Assembly (NCBI GenBank): GCA_015063695.1
Contig: SVTQ01000006.1
Span: 8,718-72,717 of the forward strand
Reading direction: 5' to 3'
Length of the DNA: 64,000 nucleotides
Origin: Oscillospiraceae bacterium
Lineage (GTDB): Bacteria > Bacillota > Clostridia > Oscillospirales > CAG-272
In this document: positions 45,616 to 54,124 of the stretch, one piece after another
Numbering within the stretch: position 1 is the first letter of the stretch
Layout of the letters: the number at the start of each line of letters is the position of its first letter
Position numbers and translations under genes: made by a program
The notes under the pieces: model-generated
What the model was told of the DNA's origin: nothing
Database searches by the model: none
Seen by the model: the letters and a program-made list of their open reading frames with translations, nothing else

Positions 45616-46332
45616 TTATTTCTTGCAAAGATCCTTTATTATTTCTCCGCCTATCATAAGACCTGCAACGGAGGGAACAAAGGAAATACTTGCAGGAGTT
45701 GCCCGTCTTCCGGGCGTGTTTTCGCACTCTCCCGTACTTATGGGGGTGATGGGCTCTTCCTTGGAGTAAAGTACCTTCAGCTTGTATATACCTCTCGCCT
45801 TCAGCTCCCGTCTCATGACACGGGCAAGAGGGCAAACGGAGGTCTTTGAAATATCTGTGATCTCAAACATTTCGGGATGCAGCTTGTTTCCCGTACCCAT
45901 AGAAGAAATAATGGGAACACCTGCATCGTGACAGGTCTTTATAAGAAGAAGCTTGCTTGTGACGGAGTCAATGGCATCGCAAACGTAGTCGAACTGTGTA
46001 AGGTCGATCTTATCCGCGGTTTCAGCTCCGTAAAACATAACCATTGACTCGGCAGTGCAGTTTGGATTGATGTCAAGAATTCTTTCCTTCTGAACTTCTG
46101 CTTTAGGTCTTCCTACAGTGGATGAGGTCGCGATTATCTGTCTGTTTATGTTGGAAACGGAAACCTCGTCTGCATCAATAACAGTTATTTTCCCGACTCC
46201 CGCACGGGCAAGAGCCTCAATTGTGTAGGAACCGACACCGCCGCAGCCGAAAACCGCAACGGAAGAGCTTTTCAGCTTTTCAACCGCCTCGTCTCCTATA
46301 AGCATCCGTGTCCTTGTGTAAATATCTTCCAT
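45616..46332 (-). CDS. tcdA: tRNA threonylcarbamoyladenosine dehydratase (ThiF/E1-like)
   Basis: VAVFGCGGVGSYTIEALARAGVGKITVIDADEVSVSNINRQI. 238 aa. Confidence 0.8.
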   Translation of the reverse strand: MEDIYTRTRMLIGDEAVEKLKSSSVAVFGCGGVGSYTIEALARAGVGKITVIDADEVSVSNINRQIIATSSTVGRPKAEVQKERILDINPNCTAESMVMFYGAETADKIDLTQFDYVCDAIDSVTSKLLLIKTCHDAGVPIISSMGTGNKLHPEMFEITDISKTSVCPLARVMRRELKARGIYKLKVLYSKEEPITPISTGECENTPGRRATPASISFVPSVAGLMIGGEIIKDLCKK

Positions 46333-46345
46333 AAATCTTTCCTCG

Positions 46346-47383
46346 TTACACTATTTCTCCGCCCGCAACAACTGTGTCTCCGTCGTATATAACAAGAGAC
46401 TGACCGGGAGCGGGAGCCGAAACGGCTTCTCTGAAAATTGCAGTTATTTCGTCCTCGCCGCTTCTGAATATCTCGGCGGCGGAGGGTCTTGCGGAGTAGC
46501 GAATTTTCGCCTCAAGCACCTGAGGAGAAGAAAGATCGTCGCCCGCAAGGAAGTTTATGCTTCTCGCCTTTACCGTTCTTTTCATAACGTCGCATTTGTC
46601 GCCTAAAACAACCGTGTTGTTTTCTGCATTTTTTGATATGACGTACATCTTTTTTCCAAGGGCAATTCCAAGTCCCCTTGACTGACCGGGAGTGTAGCAG
46701 ATGTGCCCCGAGTGTGTGCCGAGAAGATTTCCCTCGGCATCTGTATAGCTGCCTTTTTTAAATTCTTTAACACCGAGATGGCGCATCATAAATCCCACGT
46801 AATCGCCGTCGGGAATAAAGCATATATCCTGACTGTCCTTTTTGGAAGCAACGGAAATTCCCGCAGCAGCCGCCGTTTCTCTCACTTCGTCCTTTGTCAT
46901 GCCCCCGAGAGGGAAAACAAGACGGGAGAGATATTTTTCGGGAAGCGCCCAGAGCATGTAGCTTTGGTCTTTTTTTGCATCAACACCTTTTTTCAGAAGA
47001 AAACGGTCACCCGCTTTTTCAATTACTGCATAATGTCCCGTAGCGACAAGTCCGTTTTCACCCGCTTCTGAAAAAAGATAGGGGAATTTAACCGTTTTGT
47101 TGCACATAACGCAGGGATTGGGTGTAATTCCCTGCATATAGGAGCTTACAAAATATTCAATGACTTGGTTTTTGAATTCGTCCCTCAGATCAAGGGTAAT
47201 GTGGGGAAGCCCCATGGCATCGCACAACTCTTTTGCCCTTTTTGCCTCGGCAAGGCCGCCGTCGGTTACCGCGTGGGTGACCCCCGTCACGTCGTAACCT
47301 TCTTTTACAGCAAGAAAAGCGGCAGTCGCGCTGTCAACGCCGCCGCTTATTCCCAGTATCAGTTTTTTTACGTTATTATTCAC
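46346..47383 (-). CDS. mnmA: tRNA 2-thiouridine(34) synthase
   Basis: PP-loop LGISGGVDSATAA, NPCVMCN and ATGHYA motifs. 345 aa. Confidence 0.9.
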   Translation of the reverse strand: MNNNVKKLILGISGGVDSATAAFLAVKEGYDVTGVTHAVTDGGLAEAKRAKELCDAMGLPHITLDLRDEFKNQVIEYFVSSYMQGITPNPCVMCNKTVKFPYLFSEAGENGLVATGHYAVIEKAGDRFLLKKGVDAKKDQSYMLWALPEKYLSRLVFPLGGMTKDEVRETAAAAGISVASKKDSQDICFIPDGDYVGFMMRHLGVKEFKKGSYTDAEGNLLGTHSGHICYTPGQSRGLGIALGKKMYVISKNAENNTVVLGDKCDVMKRTVKARSINFLAGDDLSSPQVLEAKIRYSARPSAAEIFRSGEDEITAIFREAVSAPAPGQSLVIYDGDTVVAGGEIV

Positions 47384-47406
47384 TGTTTGTAATCTTCCTT
47401 AAAGAC

Positions 47407-48135
47407 TTAAAAATTAACAAGCCCGTAAAGCTTTTCTATGTAGTCGAGGAAATCGTCGCCGGTAAGATTGTAGGCGAGAGGAATTGTCAGCTCTCGGTTT
47501 ACCGCAAGCAGACATACACCGCAGTTGACGGTGATGTTTTTTCCCGTACCTATTCTTCCTCTTGTGATACGCATAAACAGCGCGTTTGCAACGCCGCCGT
47601 GAGTTACCACGAGAACCTGTCTGTTGCCCGGGTGACATACTCTGGCAAGGCCTTTTTTCATTCTTTCTGCTGTTGCGGGAACAGACTCGACGTTCTTTGC
47701 CTGTCTTTCACCTTTGGGAAAGTTTATTTTTCTTTCTTCAAGAGTGAGCCCCGAAAGCTCACCGTAGTTTCTTTCGGTGAAAATTCCGAGAGGCTTTGCC
47801 TTCACACCCTCAAGCTTGTCCGCGATTATCTCTGCAGTACGGAAGGCCCTTGACAGAGGGGAGGAGTAGATAGAGGAGAGTGATATACCGTAGCGGTCTT
47901 TTGCCGTTTTGAAAAGCTCTGCGCATTCCTCTGACTGGCGGATGCCTTCGTCGTTCATGGGAACGTCCTCTCTGCCCTGGAGACGGAGCTCGCGGTTCCA
48001 ATCCGTCTGTCCGTGTCTTACGAGAAATACAAGAGAGCGGCCCTCGTTCAGAAGAGCAGAGGCCCCTTCGGGTGAACAGAGCATTATAGGGTCTTTATTC
48101 AGATTTCCGCTTATGGTGTGTGCTTCGTATACCAT
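47407..48135 (-). CDS. histidine phosphatase (phosphoglycerate mutase) family protein
   Basis: LVRHGQTDWN catalytic motif, with VVTHGG near the C-terminus. Confidence 0.8.
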   Translation of the reverse strand: MVYEAHTISGNLNKDPIMLCSPEGASALLNEGRSLVFLVRHGQTDWNRELRLQGREDVPMNDEGIRQSEECAELFKTAKDRYGISLSSIYSSPLSRAFRTAEIIADKLEGVKAKPLGIFTERNYGELSGLTLEERKINFPKGERQAKNVESVPATAERMKKGLARVCHPGNRQVLVVTHGGVANALFMRITRGRIGTGKNITVNCGVCLLAVNRELTIPLAYNLTGDDFLDYIEKLYGLVNF

Positions 48136-48174
48136 GCCCGATTTGCCTCCTGCTTCGTTGATTTTTGTGTTTTT

Positions 48175-48993
48175 TTATTTTTGTTCAAATTGTTTTTTGT
48201 ATTCCGTGGGGCTTTTCCCCATGTTCTTCTTGAATAATTTTGAAAAATAGTAAACGTCGCTGACTCCTACAAGGGAAGCGATCTCCGTTACCGTATGCCT
48301 GTCCTCCTTCAGAAGGTCAAGGGCTTTTTCAACTCTGTATTTTGTAATGTACTGCTCGGGGGAAACTCCTGTTTTTGCTTTGAAAATACGGAAAAAGTGA
48401 GTTCTGTCGATGCTGAGCTGAAGAGCAACGTCCCCTGCGGATATTCCGCGCATATAATTGTATTCGATAAACTCAAGGGCTCTTTCTACCTGACTTGAAG
48501 GCTCAAGTCTGACAGCGGAGCCTTTCCGGGCGGAGAGTGAATCGAAGGCTTCCATCAGAAATGAAGTGAATTTTGCCTGAGAGGGAGTGTCGGCGGCATT
48601 TCCGTAGTAGTCAATACAGTTTTTCACTGCCGCAAGGAATACTTTGGCGTTGGCTTTTTTTACCACGGTATCTTCTCCTATGCCCGCTTCCTTCATATAG
48701 TACTTGCAGTCGGTGCCACGAAAACCCACCCATGCAAATGACCATGTGTCCTCTGACGAAGAAGTGTAAGAAACGGGAACATTCGGTCTTATGACAAATA
48801 TTTCACCCTTCTTTACAAGGTGGGTAGCACCGTCTACGGTAACAGTTCCGCGCCCTTTGGTAACGCAGTGAATGAGGTAGTGGTCCCTCACGTGTTCGGG
48901 TTCGGAAAAGCCGGGAGAGCAGTCCTCAAAGCCGCAGCTTACAAGGGAAATCCCGACATTTTCAAAAACGTTGTTTGTTATTTCCCTTCGCAA
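48175..48993 (-). CDS. AraC-family transcriptional regulator (cupin + HTH)
   Basis: TTG start 9 nt after GGAG. C-terminal ...TVTEIASLVGVSDVYYFSKLFKKNMGKSPTEYKK. Confidence 0.85.
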   Translation of the reverse strand: MRREITNNVFENVGISLVSCGFEDCSPGFSEPEHVRDHYLIHCVTKGRGTVTVDGATHLVKKGEIFVIRPNVPVSYTSSSEDTWSFAWVGFRGTDCKYYMKEAGIGEDTVVKKANAKVFLAAVKNCIDYYGNAADTPSQAKFTSFLMEAFDSLSARKGSAVRLEPSSQVERALEFIEYNYMRGISAGDVALQLSIDRTHFFRIFKAKTGVSPEQYITKYRVEKALDLLKEDRHTVTEIASLVGVSDVYYFSKLFKKNMGKSPTEYKKQFEQK

Positions 48994-49191
48994 CCGAGAC
49001 CACTCCTTTCTGCACCGTTACACTTAAATATTAATTACCACATGTGATAATACTTATTCTATTATAGATTATACAACCAATTATACTAAATTGCAACAAA
49101 TAATCATCAATTTTACAACAAAATACTATGGAAAAACAAGATTTTTTATGTTACAATAATTATGTATAAATATTATAAGGGGGAATATGCC

Positions 49192-50421
49192 GTGAAAAAG
49201 CATGAAACGGTACGGAACAAACTGTTTTCATCGCAGTCATTTCTGAAAATGACTGCGCTTTTGTGCGCTCTTCTTATCCTCTCCTCCTGCTATGTTTTCC
49301 CTCGTGCCGCAGATCACGGCGCAGCGGAAGAAGCCGTTTCCCTTGAAAAATTCTGCATGGGCGACAACGGTATTTATTATTCCCTTGATAACGGAAATAA
49401 TACAGCTTCCGTTCTTATGGCTAAAGAGGGTGCACCCTCGGTCACCATCCCGGGGACAGTGGCCGCAAACGGAAAGACCTATACGGTAACCTCCGTTTCT
49501 TCAGGTGCTTTTTCGGAAAACGTTTCGCTTTGTGAAGTAATTCTTCCAGAGACAGTCACCCATATTGACAGCTTTGCATTTTTCGGATGCGTTTCCCTTG
49601 AAAATATTACCGCGGCAGGGCTTGCCTCGTCAGGTGTTGACGTTTTTGCAGGAACTCCCTTTATTACGTCCGAAGAATTCGTTGTCCTCGGTGACGTGCT
49701 TTTCAGATATAACGGAGGAAGTCCCCTTGTCAAGGATATTCCCGAAGTTTCTTTCGTGTCGGATGCCTTTGCATGGAATTCAAACGTCAAAACGGTAATT
49801 CTTCCCGAAGGGGTCAAGGCAGTCGGCGACGGAGCGTTTGCTTTTGCTGAAAACCTCAGAACGGTAAATCTTCCTTTTTCTCTTGAAAAAATTGGAAACG
49901 AAGCATTTTTCGGATGTGTTTCTCTTGATGAGATAAGTCTTGCGGTAAACGTCCTGGAAATCGGTGAAAATGCTTTTTCAGGCACACCCTATCTCTCCCG
50001 TCTTCTTGATGCACCGGAAGATATGATAATTCTCGGCGGCGGTGTCCTTCTCAGATATAAAGGGGACGATTCCTTTGTCTCCGTTCCGTCCTGCGTTGTA
50101 AGCATCTCCGATGCTTTTACGGCAGCTCCCGTTTCCGTAGTTGAAATTCCCGAAAACTGCGTTATCGGACAGGGGGCTTTCAGAAACGCCTATAACCTTA
50201 CGAGAGTATGCGTTAAAGGTGATTGTGCAGGGATCGAGGCTTTTGCCTTTGACGGCTGCGAAAAGCTTTCAGTTCTTACCTTTGAAGGAAGCTTTACGGG
50301 AGAGCTTGACAGCGCAGCTTTCCTCGGAACTTCGAAAAGCTTCACCGTATACGTAAAAAGCGGTGCCGCGGGCTTTGAAGAGTGGAGGAACACGGTATCT
50401 GCCGATAAGCTTTCAAAATAA
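49192..50421 (+). CDS. secreted leucine-rich-repeat (BspA-like) surface protein
   Basis: GTG 49192 lies 6 nt after AAGGGGGA. Signal-like LKMTALLCALLILSSC. Repeated units of the form IPxxVxxIGxxAFxxCxxL. Confidence 0.7.
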   Translation: MKKHETVRNKLFSSQSFLKMTALLCALLILSSCYVFPRAADHGAAEEAVSLEKFCMGDNGIYYSLDNGNNTASVLMAKEGAPSVTIPGTVAANGKTYTVTSVSSGAFSENVSLCEVILPETVTHIDSFAFFGCVSLENITAAGLASSGVDVFAGTPFITSEEFVVLGDVLFRYNGGSPLVKDIPEVSFVSDAFAWNSNVKTVILPEGVKAVGDGAFAFAENLRTVNLPFSLEKIGNEAFFGCVSLDEISLAVNVLEIGENAFSGTPYLSRLLDAPEDMIILGGGVLLRYKGDDSFVSVPSCVVSISDAFTAAPVSVVEIPENCVIGQGAFRNAYNLTRVCVKGDCAGIEAFAFDGCEKLSVLTFEGSFTGELDSAAFLGTSKSFTVYVKSGAAGFEEWRNTVSADKLSK

Positions 50422-50494
50422 TAGGGAATATTTAAGCGGACTTTCCGCTGTTATAGTAAAATATTAAAAATTCACATAAAGAGAGGTATTCTAA

Positions 50495-51361
50495 ATGAAA
50501 TTCGGAACACTTTACGCTTATTGGACAAGCGAATGGAAGGCGGATTATTTCCACATCGCTGACAAGTGCAAAAAAGCAGGCTTTGACGTAATGGAGATGG
50601 GCGCAGGCCATCTTCTTGACATGAGCGACACAGAAATTTCCAAGCTCAGAGATTACTGCAAGGAGCTCGGCCTTACAATTTCCTGTAACCTCGGCCCTCC
50701 CAAGGATAAGAATATTGCGTCCAAGGATGCTGACATCAGAGCAGCAGGTATAAAGTTCCTTATCGATATTCTCCGTCAGATGGATAAGCTCGGTTCAAAG
50801 GTTCTTATCGGTGCTCTTTACAACTCCTGGCCCGGCGAATTTGACGACGTAGACAAGGAAGTAAGATGGAACCATTCCGTAAACTCCATGAAGGAAGTTG
50901 CGGCAGTTGCAGACGAGCTGGGCATCGACCTTTGCCTTGAAGTCCTCAACCGTTTTGAGTCTCCCCTCGTAAACGACTGTGACGAAGGTATTAAGTACTG
51001 CAACGAAGTAGGCCATAAGAGCTGTAAGCTCCTTCTTGACACGTTCCACATGAACATTGAAGAAGACAACCTTCCCGACGCATTCCGCAAGGCAGGCAGT
51101 CTCCTCGGTCACGTTCACGTTGGAGAAGGCAACAGAAAGCTCCCCGGTATGGGTCATCTTCCCTGGGCGGAAATGGGCGAAGCTCTCCGTGAGATCGGCT
51201 TTGAAGGCTGCGTAGTTATGGAACCCTTCCTTAAGCCCGGCGGTGCAGTTGCGGCTGACATCAAGGTTTTCCGCGATCTTTCCGATAATGCAGACGAGGA
51301 AGCAATGGACAAGATGATCGCAGACAGCCTTGTATTCCTCAAGAAGAATTTTGTAGGCTGA
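50495..51361 (+). CDS. ketose 3-epimerase (D-psicose/D-tagatose 3-epimerase-like)
   Basis: MKFGTLYAYWTSEWKADY..., LEVLNRFE, LLDTFHMNIEED, GHVHVGEGNRKLPG and VVMEPF. These match the metal-ligand motifs and overall sequence I recall for the Clostridium cellulolyticum D-psicose 3-epimerase. Confidence 0.75.
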   Translation: MKFGTLYAYWTSEWKADYFHIADKCKKAGFDVMEMGAGHLLDMSDTEISKLRDYCKELGLTISCNLGPPKDKNIASKDADIRAAGIKFLIDILRQMDKLGSKVLIGALYNSWPGEFDDVDKEVRWNHSVNSMKEVAAVADELGIDLCLEVLNRFESPLVNDCDEGIKYCNEVGHKSCKLLLDTFHMNIEEDNLPDAFRKAGSLLGHVHVGEGNRKLPGMGHLPWAEMGEALREIGFEGCVVMEPFLKPGGAVAADIKVFRDLSDNADEEAMDKMIADSLVFLKKNFVG

Positions 51362-51451
51362 TATTCTGATTTTTAAGGCGGCGGGGCTTTCGGTTTTGCC
51401 GAGAGCCGCATCCCCTTCCCCTATTACAATTTTACATAAGAGGTAATAAAA

Positions 51452-52399
51452 ATGGCTGATATTATTACAATGGGCGAAATTATCGTCGAGATAATGAGAG
51501 CAAACGTTGACGAGCCTCTGGACAAAGCAGGAACCTTCAAGGGTCCTTACCCCAGCGGTGCGCCTGCAATTTTCATTGATACTGCCGCTCGTCTCGGTCA
51601 CAGCGCAAAGATCATCGGCGGCGTTGGCGACGATGATTTCGGTAAGTGTCTTCTTGACAGACTTTCGGGTGACGGCGTTGACGTTTCCGACATTATAAAG
51701 AATGACCGTGTCTCCACGGGATGTGCATTTGTTACATACTTTGAAGACGGCTCCAGAAAGTTCATTTTCCATATAGGCAATACTCCCGCAGTTCTTGCTC
51801 CTTCTCCTGCTCCCGAAAAGCTTGAAGGCGCAAAGTTCTTCCATATCATGGGCTGTTCCATGATGGCTGACCTTTCCTTCGGACGCCGCATCGTCGACAC
51901 AATGAAGGCGGCAAACGATATGGGTGCAAAGGTATCCTTTGACCCCAATATCCGTCCCGAGCTTCTCAAGGATCCCGAAGCTATGGACCTTGTTGCAGAG
52001 GTTATGGAACGCACAAACGTATATATGCCCGGTGTCGGAGAGCTTCTCCAGTTCAGCGGCAAGGACACTGTTGAAGAAGCAGTTGCCCACTACTTTGAAA
52101 ATCCGAGACTCGAGCTTATCGTTCTGAAGGACGGCTCCCGCGGATGCCATATCTACAACCGCGAAGGCAAGGCGTTCAGCTTCGGCGTATACAAGGCAAA
52201 GCCCGTTGACGCAACAGGTGCCGGCGACAGCTTTGACGCAGCATTTATCTGCGGTCTTATCGAAGGCAAATCCATCGAAGACGCAACAAAGCTCGCAACT
52301 GCAGCCGCAACACTCAATATTGCGGCATTCGGACCAATGGAAGGCAAGATCAACCGTGAAAACGTTGAAGCTATCATCAAGGAAAACAATATTCAGTAA
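51452..52399 (+). CDS. PfkB-family sugar kinase
   Basis: MGEIIVEIM N-terminus and DATGAGDSFDAAFICG anion-hole/catalytic motif. Confidence 0.8.
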   Translation: MADIITMGEIIVEIMRANVDEPLDKAGTFKGPYPSGAPAIFIDTAARLGHSAKIIGGVGDDDFGKCLLDRLSGDGVDVSDIIKNDRVSTGCAFVTYFEDGSRKFIFHIGNTPAVLAPSPAPEKLEGAKFFHIMGCSMMADLSFGRRIVDTMKAANDMGAKVSFDPNIRPELLKDPEAMDLVAEVMERTNVYMPGVGELLQFSGKDTVEEAVAHYFENPRLELIVLKDGSRGCHIYNREGKAFSFGVYKAKPVDATGAGDSFDAAFICGLIEGKSIEDATKLATAAATLNIAAFGPMEGKINRENVEAIIKENNIQ

Positions 52400-52423
52400 C
52401 ACCCCGAAACAAGGAGAAATACA

Positions 52424-53266
52424 ATGTACACAACAAGTAAGGAAATGATCCTGAAGGCAAGAGAGGGACACTACGCTATCCCTGCCTTCAATGCAGAAAA
52501 CATGGAAATGGTTCAGGCTATCGTTGAAGCGGCTGAAGAAATGAAGAGCCCCGTTATGATACAGACCACTCCCACAACAGTAAACTACATAGGGCGTGAA
52601 ATGGCATACGCTATGGTAAAGGCAGTTGCTGATAAGGCAACGGTTCCCGTATCCCTTCACCTTGACCACTGCGAAAATTATGACGATGTTGTAGCAGCTA
52701 TGGAAGCAGGCTACTCTTCCGTTATGATCGATGCATCCAAGCTTCCCTACGAAGAAAACGTTGCAGTTACACAGAAGGTAGTTGAAGCTGCAAAGAAGTA
52801 CGGTGCAACGGTTGAGTCCGAACTCGGCACAGTAGGCGGTAAGGAAGACGGTCTCAAGGCTGACGGCGTTATCTATACAGACCCCGATGAAGCTCTCGAT
52901 TTCGCATCAAGAACGGGAATTGACATTTTTGCAGTTGCTATCGGTACAGCACACGGCTTCTATAAGGGTGAGCCCAAGCTCAACTTCGAGCTTCTTGCAA
53001 AGCTTCGCGATATGATCGACGTACCTCTCGTGCTCCACGGCGGTTCCGGTATTCCCGATGAAATGATAAAGAAGACCATCGAGCTTGGTATCTCCAAGGT
53101 CAACTTTGCAACAGAACTCCGCGCAGCTCTTACAAAGGCTGTACGCGAGGCTCTTGAAAACGACAGCGTTATCGACCCCAAGAAGTTCATGGGTAAGGGC
53201 AGAGAAGCTGTTAAGGAGCTTTGCATCCACAAGATCAAGCTCTGCGGTTCTGACGGAAAGGCGTAA
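52424..53266 (+). CDS. class II ketose-bisphosphate aldolase (FbaA/GatY/KbaY family)
   Basis: AIPAFNAENMEMVQAI, SLHLDHC, VMIDAS and LVLHGGSG. 280 aa. Confidence 0.85.
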   Translation: MYTTSKEMILKAREGHYAIPAFNAENMEMVQAIVEAAEEMKSPVMIQTTPTTVNYIGREMAYAMVKAVADKATVPVSLHLDHCENYDDVVAAMEAGYSSVMIDASKLPYEENVAVTQKVVEAAKKYGATVESELGTVGGKEDGLKADGVIYTDPDEALDFASRTGIDIFAVAIGTAHGFYKGEPKLNFELLAKLRDMIDVPLVLHGGSGIPDEMIKKTIELGISKVNFATELRAALTKAVREALENDSVIDPKKFMGKGREAVKELCIHKIKLCGSDGKA

Positions 53267-53293
53267 GACAAATTCTTTCGCAGGGTGTGAATT

Positions 53294-54088
53294 TTGAAAA
53301 TAATTGATACTCACGCTCATATTTTTCCCGAAAAAATAGCAAGCGCTGCTGTTTCCAACGTGGGCGGATTTTATTCGATCGATCCCATGGCTCACAAAGG
53401 CACCTCCGAGGACCTTCTTGAAGCAGGCGGCAGAATAGGTACGTCGAAGTATCTGGTATTCTCAACGGCGACAACACCGAAGCAGGTGGAGAGCATTCAT
53501 AATTTTATAATGAGCGAGTGCGAAAAGCATCCCGAATTTGTGGGTGCGGGAACGATGCACAAGGATTATGAAAACTTTGAAGCCGAGATAAACCGCATAA
53601 AAGCTGCGGGAATGAAGGGTATAAAGCTTCATCCCGACCTTCAGAAGTTCGCCATTGACGATGAAAAGATGATGCCCGTATACGAGGTTCTTGAAAGCCT
53701 TGGTATGTTCGTCATAACTCATGCGGGCGACCCGAGATATAATTATTCCCATCCGTCTCAGGTGGCAAGAGTTGCATCGGCTTTTCCGAAAATGCCTATC
53801 ATAGCCGCTCACATGGGAGGCTGGGGAATGTGGGATGATGCAAGAGAGCGCCTTCCCCGCTTTGAAAACGTTTTCGTTGATACCTGCAGTACCTATAGCT
53901 TCGCAGAGGCGGAAACTCTTAGGAAGAGTATAAATGCCTTTGACAGCGAAAAGATATTCTTCGCGACGGACTATCCCATGTGGGACCCCGAAAGCGAGCT
54001 TGAAAAGATCCTTTCGCTTGGTCTTCCCGAAGCACTTCTTGAAAAAATACTCAGCAAAAACTTTGAAAGGTTTTATGCTTCAATTTAA
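53294..54088 (+). CDS. amidohydrolase-superfamily (TIM-barrel metal hydrolase) protein
   Basis: TTG start. IIDTHAHIFP, ITHAGDP and FATDYP motifs. Confidence 0.7.
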   Translation: MKIIDTHAHIFPEKIASAAVSNVGGFYSIDPMAHKGTSEDLLEAGGRIGTSKYLVFSTATTPKQVESIHNFIMSECEKHPEFVGAGTMHKDYENFEAEINRIKAAGMKGIKLHPDLQKFAIDDEKMMPVYEVLESLGMFVITHAGDPRYNYSHPSQVARVASAFPKMPIIAAHMGGWGMWDDARERLPRFENVFVDTCSTYSFAEAETLRKSINAFDSEKIFFATDYPMWDPESELEKILSLGLPEALLEKILSKNFERFYASI

Positions 54089-54124
54089 AGAAAACACCAA
54101 CTGCCGCGGCAGTTGGTGTTTTCT

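Noticed and set aside
50795-52669. 624-aa minus-strand ORF spanning the epimerase, kinase and aldolase genes and both intergenic gaps
   Set aside because: It runs antisense to three well-supported genes. The product is Cys/Val/Phe/Asn-rich with no motifs, and there is no SD. It is explained by strong sense-strand codon bias that removes stop codons from one antisense frame.
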